Position numbers and translations under genes: made by a program
Origin: Vulcanimicrobiota bacterium
GTDB taxonomy: Bacteria > Vulcanimicrobiota > Xenobia > Xenobiales > JADMJV01
DNA: 64,000 nt
Direction of reading: 5' to 3'
Assembly: GCA_019637395.1 (NCBI GenBank)
Contig: JAHBVR010000014.1
Span: forward strand, 191,414 to 255,413
In this document: positions 54,422-62,368 of the stretch, one piece after another
Numbering within the stretch: position 1 is the first letter of the stretch
Layout: every line of letters begins with the position of its first letter
The notes under the pieces: generated by a model
Seen by the model: only the letters and a program-made list of their open reading frames with translations
Told to the model about the DNA's origin: nothing
The model's database searches: none

Positions 54422-55840
54422 TCAGCTGCGATTGAAACGCAGCAGGCTCAGGGCGGTGCCGCTCGTGACGGTGAGAATCAATAGATTCAGTAAAAGATTT
54501 TTCTGCAGCAGGTCATCTGAACTTTGCAACCAGGGATCGGCTTCGACTTCGCTCAAAAGCGTCCAATGCTCGTCCACCGGCTTCCAGGCGCCCATCCAAC
54601 GCTTGCCCCCCTTCTCGAAGTAGGCCAGGCGCAGGCGCGGGCTTTGCTTTTGCAGTTCGGCCAGTTCGGGGGCCTCCGGCTGCAGCAGCACGTGGTGATA
54701 CTTCGGTGAAAGATGGGCGAGCCCATGCGAATACGGCTCTCCCAGGTCACGCAGGTGGGCCACGCCGTCTTCGTTGGCTTGCTCGACCGGGCGCAGCGCC
54801 AGGTCGACGATGGCGTGGTGGGCTTTTACGGTCAGGTAGGTATTGACGAAGAGCGGCAGGACCAGGGTCACGCCCAGCGCCAGCGCCGCCACCGGGCGGG
54901 AAAGCAGGCGGTTGACCCGGTAGCGCAAACTCCAGGGCCGGCGGCACAGCAGCGGCTCGCGAAAATGCCGGCGCTCCAGATCCTCGACCACCCCCGCCAG
55001 CGAAGCGGTGCGCCGTTCCGGAGCCAGCTCCAGACAATGCTCCACGATTTGCGCCAGATCTTCGTCGATCTTGGGATTGAGACGGCGCAGGCCGACTAAC
55101 TGGCGGCTTTGCACCAGTTCGCGGTAGAGGCGCAGACGTTCGCCGGCGTCCTCGGTGACGCTCAAGGAAGTGCGATCGTCGGCGGAAAAACGCGGGTAGT
55201 GACCGGTGAGCAAGCGGTAGGCGGTGGCTCCAAAGCCGTAGACATCCCAGCGCACGTCCGGCTGGGCGTCGCCGGCGGCTTGCTCGGGCGGCATATATCC
55301 CAGGGTACCGAAGGAGTTGCCCTGGTCGCCCAAACTGCGGGCCTGACCAAAATCCACCAGGCGCGTGCGTCCTTCCGCGTCCAGCAGCACGTTGGAAGGC
55401 TTGAGATCGCAGTGCAGAACCCCCTTGCCGTGCATGTAGTCGAGGGCTTGCGCCATCTGTTTCAGCCAGACCACCACTTGGGCCGACGGTGCGGTCTGGT
55501 GGGCCAGCGAGCCCCTGAGCAGGGGCATCACGTAATAGGGCGGGTCGTGATCCAGGTCGGCGTCCAGCAGCGTGACCACTCCGGGATGCTCGGCCAGCCG
55601 GCTCAATTGTTGGAGTTCCCGTTGAAAGTAGCGCCAGTTGACGACTTCGCGGCGTAAGAATTTGACAGCCACCTGCAAACCCGTTCGTTCCTGGATGGCC
55701 GCGTAGACGCTGCCGAAGCTACCGCTTCCAATCAGTCGCCGCATCTGGTATCCGGCCAACTGGAAAGGGATTTCCGAGAGGCTGCTGGAGCGCCGGCGTT
55801 CTTCGCCCGACTGAAATACCGTCTCATCCGCTTGATCCAT
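54422..55840 (-). CDS. Ser/Thr protein kinase (N-terminal kinase, TM, C-terminal extracytoplasmic domain)
   Basis: GSGSFGSVY, VAVKFL, HCDLKPSNVLL, DFGQAR, GTLGYMPPE. TM segment PVAALALGVTLVLPLFVNTYL. C-terminal ~130-aa domain plus a second hydrophobic segment. Confidence 0.9.
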   Translation of the reverse strand: MDQADETVFQSGEERRRSSSLSEIPFQLAGYQMRRLIGSGSFGSVYAAIQERTGLQVAVKFLRREVVNWRYFQRELQQLSRLAEHPGVVTLLDADLDHDPPYYVMPLLRGSLAHQTAPSAQVVVWLKQMAQALDYMHGKGVLHCDLKPSNVLLDAEGRTRLVDFGQARSLGDQGNSFGTLGYMPPEQAAGDAQPDVRWDVYGFGATAYRLLTGHYPRFSADDRTSLSVTEDAGERLRLYRELVQSRQLVGLRRLNPKIDEDLAQIVEHCLELAPERRTASLAGVVEDLERRHFREPLLCRRPWSLRYRVNRLLSRPVAALALGVTLVLPLFVNTYLTVKAHHAIVDLALRPVEQANEDGVAHLRDLGEPYSHGLAHLSPKYHHVLLQPEAPELAELQKQSPRLRLAYFEKGGKRWMGAWKPVDEHWTLLSEVEADPWLQSSDDLLQKNLLLNLLILTVTSGTALSLLRFNRS

Positions 55841-55857
55841 GGCAGCCCGAATTTCTC

Positions 55858-57183
55858 GTGGGCGAGGAAAAAGGCCTTGTGAAGCCTAAATACTCCAGTG
55901 TGAATTTAGGTCCGGTCAGCTTCCACTCGGGTATGCCCATTCAGCCGGTGCCGTTGCGCCCGCTTCCCCAAGCGGAAACGCCTTTGGCCCCCGGTGATCG
56001 GGCCACCCTTTCCACGCCGGTCCCGCTAGAAAGACCTCCTACCCTGATAGAAACGCCGGCCCCGCCGGTGGCCAAAGCTCCCGCCCCGGACGTTCCGCAA
56101 ACTCTTTCCCTGGAGATGGGCGAAGTCGGAGCCGGCCTGCTTTGCGCCGGCGCTCCCGCGGCCAGCTATTCCAGCTCCGGCACCTTCTCCAACAACACGG
56201 TGGGCTGGTCGGGCGACCCGGCCCCGCAGGCCGCTTTCGGCCAGAGCCACCTGCCGCAGATCCACGGCGGCCTGCAATATGCCGAACAGGTGATGCCGGG
56301 CTTTCGCGGCAAAATGGACGAGCTGCTGCATTCCTCCGACCCGGCTCTCGAGAGCAAGCTCAAATCGTTGGCCGATGAGCAAACCTCGCTGTGGACCGCG
56401 CAGAGCAAGCTGCTGTCCATGCCCGACCACAAGTTGAAACCCGAGGAAGTCAAGCGCAAGGCCGCGGTGATGGAGCGCCTGGAGATTCTCGAGCAGAGCC
56501 AGACCGCCACCGAGAAGGCCATCAAAGATCGTTTTCAGGCCAACAGCCGCAAGGCTGGGGAGGTCGCCGAGGTTTTTCTTAGCCGTTTGCGCAAGAACGG
56601 ACAGGTGGCCGACATCGGCGACCGGCTCAAGCTGGACACCAAAGCCAGTGCCCGGCTCGCCCAAGACGGCATTCCCGAGAACGACCTGAAGAAGTGGGTC
56701 AACGAGTTCCACCATCAGACCGGCCTGCCGGCCCCGAGCCAGCTCAAGATGTCCTATACGGAAGAGCGACCGAACTATTATGCACCCACCGATACCGTCA
56801 ACATCGGCGATAAATTCAGCAAGCGGATGGTTCTTCATGAAGTCGCTCACCGGGCCGAGTACAAATGCCCGGAAATCAGCCTGGCCAACAAGGACTGGGT
56901 GCGGGCTCGCTGCCAGAAAGGCGGCTTCTCCTCGGAGCCGGCTAAATTGAAGGAACTGGTTCCCAATGACATCTACACAGACGGGGAAGTGGCTCTCGAG
57001 GACACTTTTATCGATCCTTACGTAGGTAAGGTTTATCCCGACCTGGCCAGCGAAGTGCTTTCCATGGGCCTGGAGCGCTTCTCCAGCAAAGCGGAGCTGG
57101 TCAAGCTCTACACTCAGGATCCGGAGCACTTTTTCTTGACCCTGGGGGCCATCCAGATCATGCACTCGAAGGACAGATGGTAG
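55858..57183 (+). CDS. hypothetical HExxH protein with Pro-rich disordered N-terminus and coiled-coil middle
   Basis: VLHEVAHRAEY (HExxH) near residue 345. First ~90 aa are Pro-rich. The ORF is open from a GTG at 55858, only 17 nt from the divergent kinase start. ATG at 55933 (MPIQPVPLRP) is an alternative. Confidence 0.6.
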   Translation: MGEEKGLVKPKYSSVNLGPVSFHSGMPIQPVPLRPLPQAETPLAPGDRATLSTPVPLERPPTLIETPAPPVAKAPAPDVPQTLSLEMGEVGAGLLCAGAPAASYSSSGTFSNNTVGWSGDPAPQAAFGQSHLPQIHGGLQYAEQVMPGFRGKMDELLHSSDPALESKLKSLADEQTSLWTAQSKLLSMPDHKLKPEEVKRKAAVMERLEILEQSQTATEKAIKDRFQANSRKAGEVAEVFLSRLRKNGQVADIGDRLKLDTKASARLAQDGIPENDLKKWVNEFHHQTGLPAPSQLKMSYTEERPNYYAPTDTVNIGDKFSKRMVLHEVAHRAEYKCPEISLANKDWVRARCQKGGFSSEPAKLKELVPNDIYTDGEVALEDTFIDPYVGKVYPDLASEVLSMGLERFSSKAELVKLYTQDPEHFFLTLGAIQIMHSKDRW

Positions 57184-57473
57184 CCAGGAAATACAAGCTG
57201 CTCCGCCCCGCCCGTCCGGTCGAGCTGCCCTGGAAAGAACGCCCCAGCGCCGTCATCTGGGTGGAGTCGAGCGACTATGACGAGGACGGCGTGCTGCACG
57301 TGGAAGGCGAGGATGCCGACCTGGTCGAGAGTATACGTTTCGCGGTCTCCCAGGCATACGGTAGTCGCGGCCGCCCCCTGTCGTTGGAAGAGCCTTTCAG
57401 TCCTCGAGATCTGGCCTGCGCGCTTTTCGGCCGCTGGCTGAAGCAGTTCGAAGCCGTCGAGATTTCTGAATAG
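57177..57473 (+). CDS. small acidic hypothetical protein (98 aa), translationally coupled to the HExxH gene
   Basis: ATG at 57177 overlaps the upstream stop (ATGGTAG). Acidic core SSDYDEDGVLHVEGEDADLVESIRF. Confidence 0.5.
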   Translation: MVARKYKLLRPARPVELPWKERPSAVIWVESSDYDEDGVLHVEGEDADLVESIRFAVSQAYGSRGRPLSLEEPFSPRDLACALFGRWLKQFEAVEISE

Positions 57474-57512
57474 CCTGATCTAGACCAAAGTCCATTTCAT
57501 CCGCCTGTTTAA

Positions 57513-57532
57513 ATCATTAAGCTGTTAACGAT
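57513..57532 (+). promoter_or_regulatory. imperfect palindrome ATCATTAA-gctg-TTAACGAT (MarR operator candidate)
   Basis: 7 of 8 positions are symmetric. It lies about 30 nt upstream of the marR-like start. Confidence 0.3.
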
Positions 57533-57561
57533 CAGGAAGTTTACCTCGTTGGGGGAAATCA

Positions 57562-58080
57562 GTGGAAGATCCGAGGGAAACCTATTACCAGAGGAAGCTG
57601 CAGCAGCTAGACGGCCAGTGGGCCTGTCTGGACGCCAGCCGTGCCCTGGTGGTGTTGGGAATCCTTCATACCTACGACTGCATGCATGAGGTTCTTTCCG
57701 CTGAACTGCAGAGATTTGGTCTCTCCAGCTCGGCCTACAATTTGCTGACCATCCTGGACAAGCAGGAGAACCAATGTTTAGCTCTACACGAAATCGGACG
57801 CCTGATGGTGACCAGCCGGGCCAATATCACCGGACTGATCGACAGTCTGTGCAAAAAGGGTCTGGTGGACCGGGTCCCTCACGAAAGCGATCGGCGCATC
57901 AAGCTGGCCAAATTGCTGCCGGCCGGACGCCGGTTGCTCCAGGAAGTCACCCCCATCCACATTCAATTGATCACCCAGTTGACGGCCACGCTCTCGGACG
58001 AGGAGCGCGCTATCTTTGTCGAGCTTATGAAAAAGCTGCGCAAGCAGGCCGTGGCCTTGGGAGCAAACTTGGTCTCCTAG
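57562..58080 (+). CDS. MarR-family transcriptional regulator
   Basis: wHTH region LTILDKQENQCLALHEIGRLMVTSRANITGLIDSLCKKGLVDRVPHESDRRIKLAKLLPAGRRL. GTG start. Confidence 0.85.
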   Translation: MEDPRETYYQRKLQQLDGQWACLDASRALVVLGILHTYDCMHEVLSAELQRFGLSSSAYNLLTILDKQENQCLALHEIGRLMVTSRANITGLIDSLCKKGLVDRVPHESDRRIKLAKLLPAGRRLLQEVTPIHIQLITQLTATLSDEERAIFVELMKKLRKQAVALGANLVS

Positions 58081-58085
58081 CGCTG

Positions 58086-59408
58086 TTGCTGTGCAGCCCG
58101 CCTCTGGCCGCTCAGCCGGTCGAGGCGCCGTTATCGGTGGTGCCTACGGAGGAGCCGTTGACGCTGCGCCAGACCGTCGAGCGAGCCCTGGAAACCCATC
58201 TCAAAACCCGCCTCAACAAAGAGAAGATTCGCGAAAGCGAAGCGCGCGCTCAACAGGCCTGGGCCGAGATCAATCCCACCGTCACCTTCAACGCCAATCA
58301 GTACAACCGCACCATCAACCTGGCCTCGCAAGGCCTCTCCGGATCCAACTTGCCGATTCCGGCTTTTGTCGGTCCCTTCTACACTTTCGATGCCCGCGTG
58401 CAGGTGCTCTACACCTTTTTGGATGCGGCCAAGCGCTGGCACATCAAGGCCGCCGAGGTGGGCAAACTGGTTTCCGAACAGGAGCTGGAGCTGGCTCGCC
58501 AGCAGGTGGATCTGCTGGCGGCCAGCGCTTTCGTCAATCTGCTCAGCGCCCGTCACGCCCAGCAGGCCGGCCTGGCCGATCTGGCTCTGACCAACAAAAA
58601 CCTGGAGTTGGCCCGCCACCAGAAAGAGCAGGGAGTAGCCGCCGGTATCGACGTGACCCGGGCCGACGCCAATCGGGTCGAGCAGGAACTACGCCAGGCC
58701 GGCCTGGACGACAAAGTGCGCCGAGCCAATTTGGAGCTGGCCCGCTTGATGGGGACGCCGCTGAGCACGCGGTATGTTCCGGATGAATCAGATTTTCCAG
58801 CGGTGGAACAGGGAATGACGGCCGAATCGGCCACTCAGGAAGGCCTGGCCAACCGGGTCGAATTGAAAGTGGCCCGCCTGCGCGAAGAGCAGCTGGACAA
58901 GGAAATCTCCGCCGCCGACGCCGAGGATTCTCCCAAAGTGGGCCTGGTGGCCGATTACGGCTTCGCCGGCAACACGCCCGCGCAGAACGTCTTCGGCACC
59001 CACAACGTGGGTCTGACCCTGCAACTGCCCCTCTTCGACGGCGGCGTCAGCGAAGCCAAGATGGACGTGCTCAAAAGCCAGTTGGAGCAGACTCGCATTC
59101 AGCGTCAGGATCAGGAGATCCAGGTGGAACAAGAGGTGCGTTCCGCCTTTTTGAAATTGGAGCTGGCCCGCCAGCAGATCGTCACCGCCCGCGCCTCGCT
59201 GGTGCTGGCTCAAAAAGAAATGACTATGGCCAGCGATCGTTTTGCCGCCGGTCTGGGCACCAGCGTGGAGCTGGTGGACGCCCAGGCCAAGCTGGCCCGG
59301 GCGCGCGACGCCGAGGTACAGGCGCTGGTGGCTTACCAGCTGGCCCAGGTCGAGCTGGCCGCCAGCATGGGCAAACCGGAGTTGATCATTGGAGGAAACA
59401 AATCGTGA
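58086..59408 (+). CDS. TolC-family outer-membrane efflux protein (start codon uncertain)
   Basis: LTLRQTVERALETHLKTRLNKEKIRESEARAQQAWAEINPTV and two OEP repeats. The frame is open far upstream but has no ATG, GTG or TTG before the TTG at 58086. See finding. Confidence 0.78.
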   Translation: MLCSPPLAAQPVEAPLSVVPTEEPLTLRQTVERALETHLKTRLNKEKIRESEARAQQAWAEINPTVTFNANQYNRTINLASQGLSGSNLPIPAFVGPFYTFDARVQVLYTFLDAAKRWHIKAAEVGKLVSEQELELARQQVDLLAASAFVNLLSARHAQQAGLADLALTNKNLELARHQKEQGVAAGIDVTRADANRVEQELRQAGLDDKVRRANLELARLMGTPLSTRYVPDESDFPAVEQGMTAESATQEGLANRVELKVARLREEQLDKEISAADAEDSPKVGLVADYGFAGNTPAQNVFGTHNVGLTLQLPLFDGGVSEAKMDVLKSQLEQTRIQRQDQEIQVEQEVRSAFLKLELARQQIVTARASLVLAQKEMTMASDRFAAGLGTSVELVDAQAKLARARDAEVQALVAYQLAQVELAASMGKPELIIGGNKS

Positions 59409-60697
59409 AGAAGGGGTTGACCTGGGGGATTTTGCTGCTGGTGGGGCTGCTGGTCGGCGGTCTGGGCTATCACTTCTGGCAGAAAAGCAAGCAGACCGTA
59501 TCCACCGACGACGCCTACGTGGAAGGTGACGTCATTACCATTTCGGCCGAAGTGGCCGGACGCATCCTGGAAGTGGGCGTCAAGGACAACCAGCGGGTCA
59601 AGAAGGGCGACCTGCTGGTGCGCATCGAGAGCGCCGACTATGACTCCAGGCTGGCCCAGGCCGAGCGCAATCTGCGCTCGGCCGAGCAGAAAGCCCTGGC
59701 CGCCCGCGCCGACTATGAGTTGACCCGAGTCCAGGCCGAGTCCTCGGTCAGCGAGGAAGCCTCGGGCGTGCAGGTGGCTCAGGCCGGGGTAGACACCGCC
59801 ACTTCGAATGTGGGACAGGCTCAGCAGCGCTACCAGCAGGCGCTGGCCGCCAGGCGCACCACCCTGGCCAATCTGCAAAGAGTGCGCACCGAAGTGGACG
59901 TGGCTCAGGCCGAATGGAAAAAGGTCCAGAACGACGCGGTGCGCTACCGAGCCCTCTACTCCAAGGACGAAATTTCGCGCCAGCAACTGGAAGCCATCGA
60001 GACCCAGAATCGCCAGGCTCAGGCCCGGGTGCAGGCGGCTCAGCGCCAGGTGCAGGCGGTTTATTCCCAGGTGGGAGAGGCAAATGCTTCGATAGGACAA
60101 GCCTCGGAGGCCATCTCGACCAGCCAGGCCCAGGTGGAGGAAGCTCGCTCGCGGGTCGGTCAGGCCAACTCCCGGCTGGCCAGCGCTCAGGCCGCTCCCA
60201 ACAAGATCGCGGTGGCCATGGCCCAGGTCAAGGTGGCTCAGGCCGAAGTCGAGCGTGCCCGCGTGGACGTGTCCCTGGCCAGGAAGGACGTGGAACGCAG
60301 CACCGTGCGCGCTCAACGCGACGGCATCGTGAGCAAGCGTTCGGCTCAGGTGGGAGCTTACGTTCAGAAAGGCTCGCCGCTGCTGGCCCTGGTCGACCCG
60401 GACATCTGGGTGCTGGCCAATTACAAGGAAACCCAGATGGAGCACGTGCGTCCCGGCATGAAGGTCGAGGTCGACGTGGATACCTACCCCGGCAAAGTCT
60501 TCCACGCCCACGTGGACAGCATCCAGCACGGCACCGGCTCACGCTTCTCGCTGCTGCCTCCCGAGAACGCCTCGGGCAGCTTCGTGAAGGTGGTGCAGCG
60601 CATCCCCGTCAAGCTGGTGCTGGACGACGAACCTTCCAAGGAAACCCCCCTGGTGCCCGGCATGAGCGTGGTCAGCCGCGTTCTGCTCAAGCAATGA
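59405..60697 (+). CDS. emrA: HlyD/EmrA-family periplasmic adaptor of an MFS efflux pump
   Basis: GTGA overlap with the upstream gene. TM anchor GILLLVGLLVGGLGY. STDDAYVEGDVITISAEVAGRILEVGVKDNQRVKKGDLLVRI. Long coiled coil. VRAQRDGIVS..VQRIPVKLVL. Confidence 0.88.
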   Translation: MKKGLTWGILLLVGLLVGGLGYHFWQKSKQTVSTDDAYVEGDVITISAEVAGRILEVGVKDNQRVKKGDLLVRIESADYDSRLAQAERNLRSAEQKALAARADYELTRVQAESSVSEEASGVQVAQAGVDTATSNVGQAQQRYQQALAARRTTLANLQRVRTEVDVAQAEWKKVQNDAVRYRALYSKDEISRQQLEAIETQNRQAQARVQAAQRQVQAVYSQVGEANASIGQASEAISTSQAQVEEARSRVGQANSRLASAQAAPNKIAVAMAQVKVAQAEVERARVDVSLARKDVERSTVRAQRDGIVSKRSAQVGAYVQKGSPLLALVDPDIWVLANYKETQMEHVRPGMKVEVDVDTYPGKVFHAHVDSIQHGTGSRFSLLPPENASGSFVKVVQRIPVKLVLDDEPSKETPLVPGMSVVSRVLLKQ

Positions 60698-62328
60698 AAC
60701 CCCCGTCACTCCCCTCGGACCATTCCGAGGGATTTTCCAAAGCCTCGCCGGATCGGCCGGCCAAAGGGCGCCCTTCCATCGAAACCGCTCCGGTCTGGAA
60801 ACCCAAGTGGAACCCGTGGATCATCGCCATCGCGGTAATGAGCGCCACTTTCATGGAAGTGTTGGATACTTCGATTTCCAACGTGGCTTTGCCTCACATC
60901 GGCGGCAGCCTGGCGGCCACCACCGAGGAATCCACCTGGATGGTGACCAGTTACCTGGTTTCCAACGCCATCGTCTTACCTTTGACCGGCTGGATCAGCT
61001 CGACTTTCGGGCGCAAGAACTTTCTGCTGGTGTGTATCGCGATTTTCACGCTGGCCTCGGTGCTGTCGGGCGCCGCCATGAGCCTGAACCAACTGATCCT
61101 CTTCCGTATTCTCCAGGGGCTGGGGGGCGGCGCCATGCAGCCCACCGCCCAGGCCATCTTGTTCGAGAGTTTTCCACCTGAGAAGCGCGGCCAGGCCATG
61201 GCTTTCTACGGCATGGGCATCGTGGTGGCGCCGATTCTGGGCCCCATCGTGGGCGGCTGGCTGACCGACAACTATAGCTGGCGCTGGACGTTCTATATTA
61301 ATCTACCGGTGGGAGTCATCGCTTCTTTCCTGGTCTGGACCATTCTCGAGGATCCTCCCTACTTGAAGCAGAGCAAGTCGGCCTCGGCCGATCTGGCCGG
61401 CTTTCTCTTTTTGGTGATCTGGGTGGGCGCTTTGCAGATCATGCTGGACAAGGGACAGTTGGAAGACTGGTTCCAGTCCACTTTTATCGTTTTTTTGTGC
61501 GCGCTCTTCGTGATCTTTCTGGTCGTTTTCGTGGTCTGGGAAGCGACTCGCAAGAACCCGATCGTGGACCTGAGCGTTTTCAAAGACCGCACCTTTGCCC
61601 TGAGTACGGTGCTGATCACCATGGTCGGCGGCGTGCTCTACGGCACCCTCACTCTGGGTCCGCTCTTTCTCCAGCAACTGCGCGGCTACCCGGCCTACGA
61701 CGCCGGCCTGGCCGTGGCCCCGCGCGGGGCCGGCGCCATGGCCAGTATGATGGTGGTCGGCGCCCTGCTGGCCCGCTTCGACGGGCGCTTCTTTGTCTGC
61801 ATCGGCTTTGGCGTGCTCTCCCTGAGCAACCATTTGCTGGGGCAGTTGAACATGAATACGGGCGTCGATCAGGTGGTTTTTCCCAATATCCTGGCCGGCA
61901 TCGGCATGGGGTTGGTGTTCGTGCCGCTGGCCACCATCGCCAACGACAAGCTGCCGGCCCGCAAGATTTCCACCGCCTCGGGGGTGTTCAACCTGATGCG
62001 CAACCTGGGCGGCGGCGTGGGCATCGCCATGTCCACCACCCTGTTGTCTCGCGGCACCCAGTTTCACCAGAGCCGCCTGACCGAGCACACCCATATCTTC
62101 AGCCAGCAAATGGCCGAATGGCAGGCGCGCGTAGGCCCCGGCATGCAGGCGGTGGCCGGCGACCAGGGCTGGATCGCCGCCCTGGCCGGCACCGTCACCC
62201 GCCAGGCCAACATGCTCTCCTACATCGACGCTTATACCATTATGAGCTGGGTCTGCCTGGGCTGCGCCCCGCTGGTCTTCTTATTGAGCAAACCCAGCGG
62301 CAAAGCCGGCCCGCCCGGCGTCCACTGA
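60694..62328 (+). CDS. emrB: DHA2/EmrB-family MFS multidrug efflux transporter (14 TM)
   Basis: ATG at 60694 overlaps the emrA-like stop. WIIAIAVMSATFMEVLDTSISNVALPHIGGSLAAT..TWMVTSYLVSNAIVLPLTGW..GRKNFLL is the typical EmrB/QacA N-terminus. The track start at 59914 is an artefactual extension. Confidence 0.92.
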   Translation: MKPPSLPSDHSEGFSKASPDRPAKGRPSIETAPVWKPKWNPWIIAIAVMSATFMEVLDTSISNVALPHIGGSLAATTEESTWMVTSYLVSNAIVLPLTGWISSTFGRKNFLLVCIAIFTLASVLSGAAMSLNQLILFRILQGLGGGAMQPTAQAILFESFPPEKRGQAMAFYGMGIVVAPILGPIVGGWLTDNYSWRWTFYINLPVGVIASFLVWTILEDPPYLKQSKSASADLAGFLFLVIWVGALQIMLDKGQLEDWFQSTFIVFLCALFVIFLVVFVVWEATRKNPIVDLSVFKDRTFALSTVLITMVGGVLYGTLTLGPLFLQQLRGYPAYDAGLAVAPRGAGAMASMMVVGALLARFDGRFFVCIGFGVLSLSNHLLGQLNMNTGVDQVVFPNILAGIGMGLVFVPLATIANDKLPARKISTASGVFNLMRNLGGGVGIAMSTTLLSRGTQFHQSRLTEHTHIFSQQMAEWQARVGPGMQAVAGDQGWIAALAGTVTRQANMLSYIDAYTIMSWVCLGCAPLVFLLSKPSGKAGPPGVH

Positions 62329-62368
62329 TTTCGGATGTTTTTCAGGATTTCGAGCTAGAATATGGCTT

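Noticed and set aside
53170-54435. 421-aa plus-strand ORF
   Set aside because: It is antisense to the cleaner 53161-53841 ORF and to the frameshifted small gene. It is Ala/Gly/Arg-rich with no motifs.
58026-58035. G-AAA-AAG as a programmed -1 frameshift site linking marR and the TolC-like gene
   Set aside because: The heptamer is imperfect (G rather than A at position 1). It would act at codons 2-3 of a nested ORF, and I see no downstream stimulatory structure. It is kept only as one explanation within the start-codon finding.
59914-60693. N-terminal extensions offered by the ORF track (59914 for the MFS pump; also 57774, 47455, 36551, 36123, 6592, 1469, 23587, 21369 and 44818)
   Set aside because: Each extension overlaps the preceding gene in another frame and is Arg/Pro/Gly-rich. 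In each case an internal start sits right at the upstream stop or gives the canonical family N-terminus.
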